Source of the DNA: Squalus acanthias
Taxonomy: Eukaryota
NCBI GenBank assembly: GCA_030390025.1
Contig: CM059430.1
Location: forward strand, 52,576,001 to 52,640,000
Direction of reading: 5' to 3'
Length of the DNA: 64,000 bases
Part shown: positions 39,227 to 53,138 of the stretch, piece by piece
Numbering within the stretch: the stretch's first letter is position 1
How the letters are laid out: each line of letters starts with the position of its first letter
Made by a program: the position numbers and the translations under genes
The notes under the pieces: model-generated
Databases searched by the model: none
What the model saw: only the letters and a program-made list of their open reading frames with translations
What the model was told of the DNA's origin: nothing

Positions 39227-40317
39227 CTATAAGCAAGAAATCAGTCAAATGAGTACAACAGCTTTCTAGTATTTCACAAACAATGTCCTTGAGGTAGATG
39301 CATTATTGGAAAATAATGTTTACTACTCCTCTTCCTGGAAACGTTGCATCATTATAGTAGGTACTTGTACTGAATTACACATACAAAAGATTCTTTCATT
39401 ACAACTCCAAATTTTTGTAACATTGCACAATTACAGTCAAAATTAATTTAATGGGCAGACAAAATAATCTTTTCCTTTAAAAAAATCTATTTTTATTACT
39501 TTTTAGCTCTTTTCACAGCACTAGATACTATTCCCTAGCCAAAAGGGAAGAATAGCAACCTTCTTCCAATGCCGTTCTCGAGTCAACAACTAGGAGAGGC
39601 ACAGATCCATGAATGGTCGCTGGGGGGAGGAAACCGAGAGCTCAGCCTCCACTTGTCTAAGATTAAACATAACCCACAAGACATGAACACACTTCACAGT
39701 CAAATGCCAAACCACCAATTGGACTTGTTTCCGATGAGAACCAAAATACAAACTATGCTTCAATGATCTACAGCCTACTTCAGCAATGCAAAGAAGTTGT
39801 ATGACGAACAGAATAACTGTAGGCCAAATCAAGCAGTCTCTGAATCTTGTAAGATTTCTAGGTTGTACTGAATGGCTGATTGGTGGATGGGTTATTGTCA
39901 CATTGCAAATTCATCAGCAATGTTTCAATTTTCAGGGGTGGTACAGGAGCGAGAGAGACAAGCTGCAAAGATGAAGGTGAACCATATGGAAACAAAGCAA
40001 TAATAAAAGTAAGAGGAAGTGCAATTAAGCTATTGTGTTTCTTTAGCTTTCAAGCAAAATTTCTAACATCAAAGAAATGCACAGATTATGTTTAATTAAA
40101 AAATACAGATCATCAGGTATAGTATCATAAAACACAGTCTCAGCAAAATTAACCTTTGAAGGTACTAACATTAAAGTATAATAAAAATCTAGAACTGATT
40201 ATGCAGTACAACAAAAAAAGCACTTAATTTAAAACAAATCAATACTTTATGTAACATTTAACACTAATTCTCTGAACACAAATGAATGTAATTGTGGAGA
40301 TTTTTATATCTGGGTAC

Positions 40318-40410
40318 CTTGTCATCCAAAGACTCAGCTACAGTACTGCAAAGGTCTCCTAGGTTTGGTTGTAGATGCCCATTCACTACCTTCTCATTAT
40401 ATACATAGAT
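40318..40410 (-). CDS. NUP93: NUP93 exon 7
   Basis: Encodes [31 protein letters not shown]. 93 nt; CAG/GTAC. Confidence 0.95.
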
Positions 40411-41148
40411 CTGTAATGAGCAAAAAGGACAGAGAACATGTCAAATCTCAAGTTTTAAGGCTGAGGGATTTTGCATGAATATTTGCACATAACTGCATCA
40501 GTCACTCTGTGTGCAACCGTGTGAAGCAAAGTAAAAAGCCAACACTAAGTGGGCACTATATATACACAGTGGGCATGACATACAATCGCATTAGGAACAA
40601 GATATAGGTAGATATGTCAACATGCAATCAAGTGTTATTAATATGTTTAAATCTGCAGTCCTGTATTAAATGAGCACACTATACATGTAAACTCTGATGT
40701 GTTGACTTGGATACGAGAGTCAGATACGGACTGTTCCACTATATAGGTCATTAGTATTGCACCTCTAATTTTATTTTATTGGCCTTCTCTCTTCAATGTA
40801 TTTTTTGCACTTTTTTTGGTCGCTCATACCGTAGGCCATTTCCTCGTCAAAAGGGTAGGAAGGCAAACTGATCCTAGAACTCTCAGTTGTACTCTCTAGT
40901 TTTATAAATCTACACTAGAAAATATGCTTTTTCTTTAAAGGTTTAGCACATATCTCGCCACATCTAGTGTCTCTACAACAAACTGCAAATATCTCTAAAG
41001 GCAGATTTTACAGTGAGTGAAAATGACTGAATGAATTGTAATCTTGCCTTTCAGCAAAGTGATGGGTTTAGTGTGAATCTTCATAAATGAAAACATTTCC
41101 TGCATCTAAAAAGCTAAAACCTGCAGTAACAAATCAGCATTTACGCAC

Positions 41149-41223
41149 CTGTCGAGCATAAGCCACTTCCACACTGTCCAATGCACTGCGTCCTGGTGGC
41201 CCCATCTCACTAACAAAACTTGG
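41149..41223 (-). CDS. NUP93: NUP93 exon 6
   Basis: Encodes [25 protein letters not shown]. 75 nt; CAG/GTGCG. Confidence 0.95.
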
Positions 41224-41574
41224 CTGTTTATAAAGGAAGAGTAGACATCCAGCTTTAGTAAGAAAATGTTTTACATCAATTTATTGACCTCCAAGTCAGA
41301 AACATTTACTGATTAAAGACAAAGATATACATGAAAACTTCCCATTCTGTCTACTTTTAACTAGTTTTTGATAGCCATTTGAGAGATCTGCAAGTATGTA
41401 CCACCACAGTGCTCGAATATGTGCATATGTCACAGTCTTTTAATTTTTCCCAATTTTCTCTGCTCCTCTCCTGGAGGAACAAACACTTGTTGAGGTACAA
41501 TTCCAAAGGAACCAACAAGACCATGGTAATTAACCCATTCTTTATATGTTTACACGGACAGTAAGCATTGGCAG

Positions 41575-41845
41575 ACTGCTCAACCATGAAGGAGATCACA
41601 GCTTAGCGCAATAACTCACCCAATGTCCACACATACATGCACTTTTTAGCAAGAGTCACTGGATAGGCATGAATGCTGGCTGATTTTTTTCCCCTTCATA
41701 GCCAAAGGCACTGATGTCCACTGCAGCAGTTCAACGGTGGCCTCAGGCAATATCAGCTAACCCAGCACACACTGGGAATTGAACAGAGGACCTTCTAGCC
41801 TATATGGCTCAGTGCCATCTTTGCCCACTAGCCCATCAGGAAAGC
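41575..41845 (-). mobile_element. LF-SINE-like element
   Basis: Reverse complement contains TTCAATTCCCAGTGTGTGCTGGGTTAGCTGAT and CTATCCAGTGACTCTTGCT. Confidence 0.6.
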
Positions 41846-42346
41846 TTTCTTTAACAAAAGTGCTTTTAGCTGCTTAAGCAAATTCAAAGCTAAAATAAAT
41901 GGGTAAACACCTTAGTTAAAATAACAGATAAAGGTATTTCATATGAATGCATTAAAATCTTAGTTACGAATATCAGCACAATTTCATCACAAGGTCTGTA
42001 AACAGTTAAACTCCTTGCATGACAATAGAAAAATGCTCAGCAAGTTCACATTATGGTAAATGATGCTGTACATTTTCAAGTCTACCGTGCATTCGAATAT
42101 AAAAATCAAGTTTATTATATAGCTTAAAAACAAAGCTACAAGCTTCAGTAGCAAAAATATATTACATCATGATAAATTGTTTAATAGTTATTAAATCTGA
42201 AGATTTTCAAAAATGTAGATGAATAAAAGAATGGTAGTCACACTTTAACTATTTGATATTTATTTGTGCTAAAACTGAATCAAAGTGTGGAATTAATGGC
42301 ACTCTCTTATTCTATATCCTAAATTTCTGGTCACATTGCGACTTAC

Positions 42347-42475
42347 CTCAGTCTCCTGGGTGAAGTCGAGAGCATCCTCCCCTGATGCCAGAAGAGTATG
42401 GAGGATCTTCTGCTTCTCATGTTCCCATTCCACCAGCATGGACTCCCAGTGATACCTCTCTGCCATTGCAAATGT
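42347..42475 (-). CDS. NUP93: NUP93 exon 5
   Basis: Encodes [43 protein letters not shown]. 129 nt; CAG/GTAAG. Confidence 0.96.
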
Positions 42476-42493
42476 CTGTCAAAACATACACAG

Positions 42494-42869
42494 GGAATTT
42501 AGAAGACTGAGAGGTGATCTCATTGAAACATACAAGATTCTGAAGGGGATTGACAGGAAAGATGCTGAGAGGTTGTTTCCCCTTGTTGGAGTGTCTAGAA
42601 CTAGGGGGCATAGTCTCAGGATAAGGGGTTGGCCATTTAAGACCGAGATGAGGAGGAATTTCTTCACTCAGGGGGTTGTGAATCTTTGGAATTCTCTGCC
42701 CCAGAGGGCTGTGAATGCTGAGTCTTTGAGTATATTCAAGGCTGAGATAGATAGATTTTTGGACTCTAGGGGAATCAAGGGATATGGATCAGCCATGATC
42801 TTATTAAATAGTGGAGCAGGCTCGAGGGGCCATATGGCCTACTCCTGCTCCTTTTTCTTATGTTCTTAA
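42494..42869 (+). mobile_element. CR1/HER1-type LINE 3' fragment abutting the exon 5 acceptor
   Basis: EFRRLRGDLIETYKILKG...RRNFFTQGVVNLWNSLPQRAV (partly ORF 42573-42869) and tail TTCTTATGTTCTT. Confidence 0.9.
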
Positions 42870-42991
42870 ATCTTTCTGAATCACAAAGTGGATACAAGGG
42901 AATGGAACATCTAATACAAACATGTAATGGTAAAACTATAGTTGTGGTCTTGAATTAAATTTGAACTGTAAATCCCAATCAACAAAGCCAT

Positions 42992-44835
42992 GCATAGAAG
43001 CATAGAAGATAGGAGCAGGAGTAGGCCATTCGGCCCCTCGAGCCTGCTCCGCCATTTAATGAGATCATGGCTGATCATCCAAATTCAGTACCCTGTCCCT
43101 GCTTTCTCCCCATGTCCCTTGATCCCTTTAGCCTTAAGAAATATATCTATCTCCTTCTTGAATATATTTAATGAATTGGCCTCAACTGCCTTCTGTGGTA
43201 GAGAATTCCACAGGTTCACCACTCTCTGGGTGAAGAAATTCCTCCTCATCTCAGTCCTAAATGGCTTACCCCTTATCCTTAGACTGTGACCTCTGGTTCT
43301 GGACTCCCCCGCCATCGGGAACATCCTTCCTGCATCTAGTCTGTCTAGTCCTGTTAGAATTTTATAAGTTTCAATGAGATCCCCTCTCATTCTTCTAAAC
43401 TCTAGCGAATATAAGCCTAATCGACCCAATCTCTCTTCATACGTCATTCCTGCCATCCCAGGTATCAGTCTGGTAAATCTTCGCTGCACTCCCTCCACGG
43501 CAAGAACATCCTTCCTCAGATAAGGCGACCAAAACTGCACACAATACTCAAGGTGTGGTCTCACCAATGCCTTGTACAACTGCAGCAAGACATCCTTGCT
43601 CCTGTACTCGAATCCTCTTGCTATGAAGGCCAACATACCCTTTGCCTTCTTAACCGCCTGCTGCACCTGCATGCTTACCTTCAGCGACTGGTGCACAAGG
43701 ACTCCCAGATCTCGTTGCACTTCCCCTTTTCCCAATCTATTGCTGTTCATATAATAATCTGTCTTCCTGTTTTTGCCACCAAAGTGGATAACCTCGCATT
43801 TATCCACATTATACTGCTTCTGCCATGTATCTGCCCAATCACCCAACCTGTCCAAATCATACTGGAGTTTCTTTGCATCCTCCTCACAGCACACACGCCC
43901 ACCCAGCTTTGTGTCGTCTGCAAACTTGGAGATATTACATCTAGTTCCCTCATCTAGATCATTAATATATATCTTGTGAATAGCTGGGGTCCTAGCACCG
44001 ATCCCTGCGGTACCCCACTTGTCACTGCCTGCCACTCGGAAAAAGACCCGTTTATTCCAACTCGTTGCTTCCTGTCTGCCAACCAATTCTCTATCCAAAT
44101 CAGTACCTTACCCCCAATCCCATGTGCTTTAACATTGCACGCTAATCTCTTATGCGGGACCTTATCGAAAGCCTTCTGAAAGTCCAAATACACCACATCC
44201 ACTGGTTCGCCCTTATCTATTCTACCAGTTACATCCTCAAAAAATTCCAGTAGATTAGTCAGGCATGATTTACCTTTTGTAAATTCATGTTGACTTTGTC
44301 CTATCCTGTCACTGTTTTCCAAGTGCTCTGCTATTACATCTTTTATAATGGACTCTAGCATTTTGTCCACTACCGATGTCAGGCTTACCGGTCTATAATT
44401 CCCTGTTTTCTCTCTACCACCTTTTTTAAATAGTGGGGTTACATTAGCTACCCTCCAATCCATGGGAACTGTTCCAGAGTCTATAGAATTTTGAAAGATG
44501 ACCAGCAATGCATCTACTATTTCTCGGGTCACTTCCTTAAGTACCCTAGGATGTAGATTATCAGGCCCTGGGGATTTATCAGCCTTCAATCCCGTCAATT
44601 TCTCTAACACCATTTCCCTACAAATACTGATTTCATTCAATTCCTCCCTCTCATTAGACCCTATGTTCCCCAACATCTCTGGGAGTTTTTGTGTGTCCTC
44701 CTTTGTGAAGACAGAACCAAAGTATGTATTCAATTGGTCAGCCATTTCTTTGTTCCCCATTATAAATTCCCCTGATTCTGACTGCAAGGGACCTACGCTT
44801 GACTTCACCAATCTTTTTCTCTTCACATATCTGCA
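42992..44835 (-). mobile_element. CR1/HER1-type LINE, 5'-truncated, RT nearly intact with one frameshift
   Basis: ORFs 43954-44826 (KSPGPD, NYRPVSLTS, YLDFQKAFDKV, GVPQGSVLGP) and 43085-44098 (KFADDTK, LYKALVRPHLEYC); (TTCTATGC)n tail. Confidence 0.96.
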
Positions 44836-45519
44836 AAAAGAATGTTATGGTATGGGTATACTTGCTCAATTTTTGTTCCCCTTATGATGTCGTTAATAGT
44901 GATGCACAATATATCCTAGTTTATGGTAGAACAGAGCTTTACTGTGAGTAACTCATACCCCTTACCTCAAATTATGTAAATTTGAAATCTATATGAACAC
45001 CGCTATCTTGCAGATTAGAAGTTACACTTCTGGAATGGAGAGAAAACATGGACCAACTGTTGCCTGGTTCTCAAAAAGCAAATAACCACTGCCATATTAT
45101 AATACCAAAGAGCCAATTGGATGCAAAACCAGCATCAATACGTACCAAAATTCAAGTCTACATTTCAAAACAAATACTGGTTTCCAAACACATTTCTGTT
45201 CAATTACCACCTCAATGAGACACATGTAACTTTCATCAGTAGTTTAGTCACCTTACTGGAATATCAGAAAAATAAGCCACAGATCTGTAGGGTAAATGGA
45301 GTCGAGATACAGACGAGTCATGATGTAACTGAATGGCGGAGCAGGCTTGAGGGACTGAATGGCCTACTCCTGTTCCTATGCTCCTAGGAAGCACATCTTC
45401 ACACAGGACGATTAATACCTGGAATGGTTTTCAGGGGAGGGTAGTGGAGACCAAAACCCTGGAGTCATTCAAGAGGCAGTTTGATGCTGTAAGGGGCAAG
45501 GACTGTAGATTCCCATGGA

Positions 45520-45960
45520 AAGAAAGACTTACATTTGTATAGTGTCTTTCATGACCACCGGACGCCCCAAAGCGCTTTACAGCCAATTAAGTAATTTTGA
45601 AGTGTAGTCATTGTTGTAATGTAGGAAACGCAGCAGCCAATTTGCACACAGCAAGCGCTCACAAACAGCAATGTGATAATAACCAGATAATCTGTTTTTG
45701 TTATGTTGACTGAGGGATAAATATTGGCCAGGACACCGGGGATATCTCCGCTGCTCTTCTTCAAAATAGCGCCATGGGTTCTTTTACATCCACCTGAGAG
45801 CGCAGATGGGGCCTCGGTGTAACGCCTCATCTGAAAGACAGCACCTCCGACAGTGCAGCACTCCACTGGAGTGTCAGCTCAGATTTTTGTGCTCAAGTCT
45901 CTGGAGTGGGACTTGAGCCCACAACCTTCTGACTCGGAGGCGAGTGTGCTGCCCACTGGA
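45520..45960 (-). mobile_element. Near full-length tRNA-derived Deu-domain SINE (SacSINE1/AmnSINE1-like)
   Basis: Minus strand has head CAGTGGGCAGCACACTCGCCTCCGAGTCAGAAGGTTGTGGGCTCAAGTCCC, core GTGCTGTCTTTCAGATGAG...GGTGTCCTGGCCAATATTTATCCCTCA, and an L2-like tail. Confidence 0.85.
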
Positions 45961-48900
45961 AGGATGAGTTAGATAGGCTAACTATATATTAAGCTTATTT
46001 CAAAAACAAAAATTAATATTTTCAAACCAGTCTTCAATTAACAGGTATTATGCTGAACTATTCCAATGAGTTTTAACAGGATATTTCCTCTCAACATTTT
46101 TATCTCTAAAGCAGTAATGAGTTAAGTGAAGAAAAAGACCATTACACAATTATAATGCCCAAAAGGTTATTTGTGTTTTTTCCATTTACCACAGTTGGCT
46201 CGCTTTTACGATCTGCAAAAATACAGATCACAACCATGGTTTTTACACATGATGGACTGCCACTCTAAATTAACTTGGCAATTCCTACTGGATAACTACT
46301 ATCCGCTTAGGTGGTTTCCTCCAATATAAACAGACAATTTAGTCCTATTATTAGTCACTTTCTTATGCCGAATGTTCTCTCACTTCTGTAGGTTCCAGTT
46401 ATGTTATATAGCTAATTCTGAATAGATCGTATCAGCAATGAAGATACCTAAACTGGCGCAGCACAAGTTGATGCCTAACGGCTTGATAAAAGAAGAATTT
46501 TTCACCGGTCACAAATTTTGCAATTTGTACTTGATTTACAAATCAAATTTCCATAGTTTGTTCTCTAACGGCACTCGATAACAATTCATATACAAAGTGA
46601 ATTTAGAAGCTATTATATTTTCAGCCATGGCATGCTGATCAAAAGGTAAAAATAAATAATTCAAATACTGTTAACGTGTACAGGAAAAGCTTTCTTTATC
46701 AAACGGAGTCAGGCATCAACTTGTGCTGGGCCATTTTAGGTATCTTCATTGCTGATGTGATTTATTCAGATTAGAAAGCTGTGGAGTCAGCATAATTTGA
46801 ACCACCTGCAAATCAGTCTACAATTCAAATTCTCATTTGTGTGATCAATAAATTGATCTTTGCAGTTTACTGACTAATTATTCCAGGATGCATTCAAGCT
46901 TCAATTCAAATGTCACATTGATTCAGTTTACTTCCACAGTCCAAGCACCGTTATGGTCAGAGTTTTGGAAAGAATCAATAATTTTTTACAATATAATATG
47001 CTTCAATCAACGCAGATTTTGGACTGATACCAGAAGCCAATTAGCGCTCCTGTGACTAGTGCTAGGAAGCACCCTTTAATTATAGGATCCATTAAAGACT
47101 CAATATCCTTCATTCTAAATACCTAAAGTCTGTGCACTTTACAATGGTAGCTAAAACATTAAGACACTGGACTTTATATTAAAATCAAAATCTGAGCTCA
47201 AATTAGTACACATTGTAGTACTGAGGTGGTGACTGTTTCTTCAACTGGTGCCCAAATTTCAACTTGGTGCCTACAACAAGCTTTAGCTCTGGGTGAGACA
47301 GACCAGAGTGTGTAGCATTCCACTGAAATGCAAATAAAGATTTTAATAGGTCATGGATGTATTTGCTAAGACAACAATGGAATAAGTTTAGTGTTGCTGG
47401 AATTGGAGAATGAATCATTATAATTAAGCCCCAAATTACTGTGTACATCTCCCCATAGAAATAGCAATCCACTTATCAACTGAAAATGTTATCTAAATCT
47501 AAATATTCAACTAACCTCAGCAACAAACTGCTAATTCACCCCTCCCCGAACAAAAATCCCTGACCAATAGAAGATCATTTTTCTTATAGCAAGCTGAACA
47601 TTAAAATATAATTTGAGTTTTTAAGTTTATAAGCTATGTAGCCAGGGGAAAATGATGATTTGAACAATTTGGGTCTTGCTCAGTACAATGGCACCATATT
47701 ACTATGTGAGACAAAGAATTCATAAGGAAACAGCACCATTTTCCTGTGATCCATTATAAATATTTAATCATTTTTATTAATCAATAGAAGAGTCACATTT
47801 TATTTAGCCCTGTTCTCAAATACTACCTGTGCTATAGACTAAGTGCAGTACATTATAGATGTAAACAAACCTTCAATGAAGTTTTAGCAATGCAAAATCC
47901 TCCAGAACACACCCTACACCTCTACTCTGGTTGATATTCAACCCAGGTTCTCAGAGCAGAGAATGACCCTTTGTTGTAGGGTCACATCCCCTGGGTAACA
48001 CTCAGGCTACCAAAAATCATTTTGTTTTTTGACCCTTTACAAGTATCAGAGAGAGCATACATTTAATCACATATCCTTTGGGAGGCATTGAAAACAAGGT
48101 GAAAGATTGGTAACACCTGTAAAAAAGAGAAGCAGTAATATTCTGTTTATCTTTATAATGAGTCATAAATGCACAAAAAAATTGCAAAAAGCAGCAGAAG
48201 CTCATTTGTGAAACACCGAATCAGCGCTAGCGTAGTCTTTCATCAGCATGTCTCCTTGTGCGCTCAGCTCACTACATTAGGGAGAAGGGCACTAACCAAT
48301 CACACAGTGGTCAAAATTAAAATGTCTATTAAAACTGTAAAATGGGAGAGTGTTCATTTCAAATCATTTTCAGAGCAAGTTGAGTCCTGAAGTTCTTGGA
48401 TAGGCAATATCTAGTACTACCACTTTTGGGCAAGATTAGATTTTGTGGTTACCAGGGCATGAAATTCTGCAGGGACTGTCGCTGTTGTATCACCGAGCAC
48501 AGTTGCTAAGTTGAGGTTAGCTTTGGGGCATTCACACTATTCCCAACAAGCGGCACAAATATTCCATGTTGGAATCAAATTCAAAGACTAGATGGTCTGT
48601 TCCAGTACTTACAAAGCAGTGAGCTGCTAGCACTTTAGGAAATTCATAGATGAGAAATTAAGGTTATGAGTATTGGAGGTGAGCATTAGATGAGTGGCCT
48701 GTTCCATCCATTTTATGGATGGTGGCAGAAATCGGTCACAAGCACATGGCCAATGAAGGTATTCAGCCAATCACAGGACACCTACGTCTTCTTGAAATTT
48801 CAGCCCAAAAGTTTTGCTTTCTCTTGGATCTTCAAGCAACTTCCATCTCTGTCAGATATAGGACTTTCCTTTCAAATATTTGGAAACCTGGGTGCTGAAA

Positions 48901-50434
48901 TCTTATTTGATTGACCGTCACACAAAGTTTTCTTTCACACCTTTCTGGACCAAGACAAAAATGTGTTCCTCCCCCCTCCCTGCCCACCTCACCCCCAATT
49001 ATTTTTTAAACATATAAAATTGTGAGACATTAGGTTATCTACTGGATGATGTAATTCACAATGGGCTTCTTCAGATCAAACCCTTAACTGAGCATTGTCA
49101 CCATGCATTAACTTAGAAATGATTTATTTTGACTTCATGAAGGAACAATGCAGGACAAGTCACTGGGTGGCGCCTCAATGGCTTTTGGTAGATATTCTCA
49201 AATGTCATACAGCCTTAAATTTATACACCAGAGTTGTCAGCAAAAACACATAACCTGAAATGGGAATATGGCTGGATCACAGATCAATGGTATAGATTTT
49301 CTACATGTGGAAAGGTATAGCACCCACTAAGCAAGCCATATTAGGTCTGCTAGATTAATTTGACAAATTATTGCCGATCCATTCACTTATATGTTCATGT
49401 GCCATTTAAATGTCAATATATTGTATGCTAATTGAAATACATAGAACCCTGTTTTTCCGTTGTATAATCACCCTGAACCATGGTCATAGTAAAAGCTTGT
49501 CAAAATTGCTTGAGACAATATTTAATAATACATTTTCCCCTTTTCTCCAGAAGGTGGTGACTCTTGCTGGGATATGATTCCAGGGGTGACCAAGTGGTGT
49601 ACCAATTCGTCAGGTATGGGCCGCGACTGTCGGCGTTAGTATATATGACGGGGAAGTGTGAAGAGAAAGAGAGGGATTAGTTATTTCCCTTTGATCTAAG
49701 TTTTCAAAAAAATCCTACGTCACTGTCCAAAGACTTTTATTAAACTTTTATTTAAACATCTTATATGCGAAGGAGAACACAACTATTTTAAATATAGTAA
49801 ACTTTCATAAATTACTCAAAATCCTTTGCCAGGGCTCTATGCCAGGCTATTTCTATGAAATACAGTAACTTATTTTACTACAATCTATATCTTTACTGCC
49901 ATGTATTGCTGCAGTGGACTATTTTGACTTAAAAAAATGTTTTCAAAATTAGTTAAAAATCATCAGATAAAAAAAATAGGTTTAAAGGTTTTTTTTGGAC
50001 TGGAGGTTGGGGGGGGAGAGAAGAGTTGTCACAGAAAAACATGCTGAAAATTTGTTTTAGGAAGGATAAATGGAGTTGTCATGTTAGTACAATGTCAATA
50101 TGGAATCAAATAACTTTAAGATGCTCATTAAAACCTACCTCTTCAACCAAGCTTTTGGTCATCTGCCCTAATATCTCCTTATGTGGCTTGGTGTCAAATT
50201 TTGTTTGATAACGTTCCTGTGAAACGCCTTGGCATTAAAGGCGCTATATAAATGCAAGTAGTTGTTGTTAATTGACTTCCATTGTGAAAACATTCCACTT
50301 CGTTAGCAAAACTTCAAATAACATGTGCCACTGGTTGACTGAGCATCATCTCTATAATTCTACATGTGTAGGTTTAACTTACCAGTTTGTTATAATTTAG
50401 ATTTGAATGAAACAATTAGGGGCTTCTCAGATTA

Positions 50435-51425
50435 TCAACTTGTATTTATATAGAGCCTTTAATGTAGTATAACATCCCAAGGCGCTTCATAGGAGTGTTC
50501 TAAAACAAAATTTGACACCGAGCCACATAAGGAGAAATTAGGGCAGTTTGGTCAAAGAGGTAGGTTTTAAGGAGTGTCTTAAAAGAAGAAAGAGAGGCGG
50601 AGAGGTTTAGGCAGGGAATTCCAGAGCTTAGGACCTTGGCAGCTGAAGGCACGGCCACCAATGGTTGAGCGATTAAAATCAGGGATGCTCAAGAGGCCAG
50701 AATTAGAGGAGCGCAGATATCTCCGGGGGGGGGGGGGGGGCTGGAGGAGATTACAGAGATAGAGAGGGGCGAGGCCATGGAGAGATTTGAAAACAAGGAT
50801 GAGAATTTTAAAATCAAGGCATTGCTTAACTGGGAGCCAATGTAGGTCAGTGAGCACAGGGGTGATGGGTGAACGAGACTTGGTGTGAGTTAGGACACAG
50901 GCAGCAGAGTTTTGGATGACCTCAAGTTTACCTAGGCTAGAATGTGGGAACCAGCCAGGAGTGCATTGGAATAATCAAGTAACGGAGGTGGAAATAGGCG
51001 GTCTTAGTGATGGCGCGGATATGTGGTTGGAAGCTCATTTCAGGGTCAAATATGACACCAAGGTTGCGAACAGGGTGGTTCAGCCTCTGACAGATGTTAG
51101 GGAGAGGGATGGAGTCGGTGGCTAGGGAACGGAGTTTATGGCGGCGACCGAAGATAATGGCTTCACTCTTCCCAATATTTAATTGGAGAAAATTTCTGCT
51201 CATCCAGTACTGGGTGTTGGACAAGCAGTCTGACAAATTAGAGGGTCAAGAGAACTGGTGTCGGGGTGTTGTTAGCGTACATGTGGAAACTTACGCTGTG
51301 CTTTTGGATGATGTCGCCGAGGGGCAGCATGTAGATGAGAAATAGGAGGGGGCCCAGGATAGATCTTTGAGTGACACCAGAGGTAACAATGCAGGAGTGG
51401 GAAGAAAAGCCATTGCAGGTGATTA
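50435..51425 (-). mobile_element. L2-type LINE RT/3' fragment
   Basis: ORFs 51238-51501 (SGVTQRSILGPLLFLIYMLPL), 50937-51236 and 50579-50857 (LHWLPVKQCLDFKIL). Confidence 0.9.
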
Positions 51426-51569
51426 CTTCAATATCGCTGGTATACTTACACATGTTGCCATTCAAAGACAAAAGGATGGTAGGAAATATTATGTCTGACA
51501 AAATAGATGAGTTTTAGGTTAAAAAGACAAAAAACATTTTTTTCTTAAATATAAATTTTTGATATCATG

Positions 51570-51935
51570 CTGGCTCAGAGGGTAAATGCATTGCTTGGTG
51601 AGGCATTGAGCTAGCTCTAATTTCCAGCTTTGATTTCTGTTCTGGTCTGACTTTGCCATAGTTCTACAATTAGCCTCAAGAGTTCAGAGATTAAGAACTA
51701 GAAAGACCTCAAGCCATGGTACCCATTTCTGATAGCTCTCCATTGACCCCTGCTGGAAAGTGCGCTTGTGTGCGTGCATCAGGTAAGGACAACATTGGGC
51801 TCAGCCGTGACGCCGCCCAACTGCTCAAAGTCTCCTCTGCACTAACACGTGAAGAACAGCGACTTGGGCGAGGTGCCAAAGGGCTGATGAGCGCCGGTCG
51901 AAGTATAAATCAGTATGAGCCGACCAGCTACAGGA
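51570..51935 (+). mobile_element. LF-SINE-like element
   Basis: TGACCCCTGCTGGAAAGTGCGCTTGTGTG...GGTAAGGACA...GGGCTCAGCCGTGACGCC...GAAGAACAGCGACTTGGGCGAGGT. Confidence 0.7.
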
Positions 51936-53138
51936 GAGGAAAGGAGAGAATTGGAAACATTTTGTTTCAACACGGCCGGCTCCAGGTAATAAATGAGGCC
52001 ATTATTTAAAGATATTTTTGAACATACTTCCTGCAGCCTTTTGGTTTGGAAAATGAAAATATTGCAGAATGAAATTCAAATCTGTAATTTATGCATCACA
52101 TATTACAAATAAATGTGTCCTGTTTCAGTTCCTTTCAATGGGACTAAATTTAGTTGAATTAATAAAATGTTTAGAAGTCAATGAATAAAAATTGTGATTC
52201 ATTTTGTTCACTACTTAAACCGCACTGTAACCTTAACTGATACAATTTTTCGCAATTTTGCAAATGGAGATTGAATTTTTAAGTTTTAAAAAATTCGGTA
52301 ATGTTCTCTTTCAAACACCCTCATGCTCCATTCTTTTGTCCTTTCCAAGCACTGTATTCCAGGTGTTTTTGAATGTTTCCATAGGTCTTTATGCATAATT
52401 TACTTATTTTTGACAGGAAATGGAATATTTTCATTATCTACAGATTCGTCAAGGTGCGTGTGTGCGCGCATATATGTTTATACAATTCAAACTTTGCCGA
52501 TAGGTGGAGAGGCCATGCAAATTGGTCCCATGGACTTCTCCATGGATTTCAACATCAGTGCAGCTCTACAGATGTGTTGAATTGACACCAATTTATAATG
52601 CAGCAAGGGAGCTCAATTGCCAGCTCTTCAGTACAATGAGACAAGCCACCTAGCGACTTGGTAGAGAACTGACAGAGCTGCTCCCACATTCTGGGCAGTG
52701 AGCTTGTGCGCGCCACCAACCGCAGGGACTCAAACATTCAACTCTGGTGGCGTAGGGTGAATCCATTATTGTTCCGCTAATACGCCACACCATACAGTTT
52801 TAGATCCTCAAAATTACTGCGCATTGCACAACACCAAGAATATGGCTCAATCTGCAAAAGAAAAATGACCAAGCACCTTGATTCAAAAGTAAATCAAAAC
52901 CAAGTTTCTTTTAGCAATATTATAAAAAGGTGTCCAAGCTCTCAGCCATTCCACTGCAAGCAAAAACATTTTGCCATTTTATTGGCAACAGAGAAATTGG
53001 GTACATGTATTGCACGTATGTAGCACCATAGATTTTGTTTCATTTTGACACTGGTTGGTGGATCCCAACAAAATAGCATTTTGCAGTCTGATATCGTTAA
53101 AAAACATTATTAAAATGCTATTGGAAAATTTCACTTAC

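Noticed and set aside
43553-44887. Plus-strand ORFs of 134 aa and 129 aa
   Set aside because: They are antisense shadows of the CR1 reverse-transcriptase frame.
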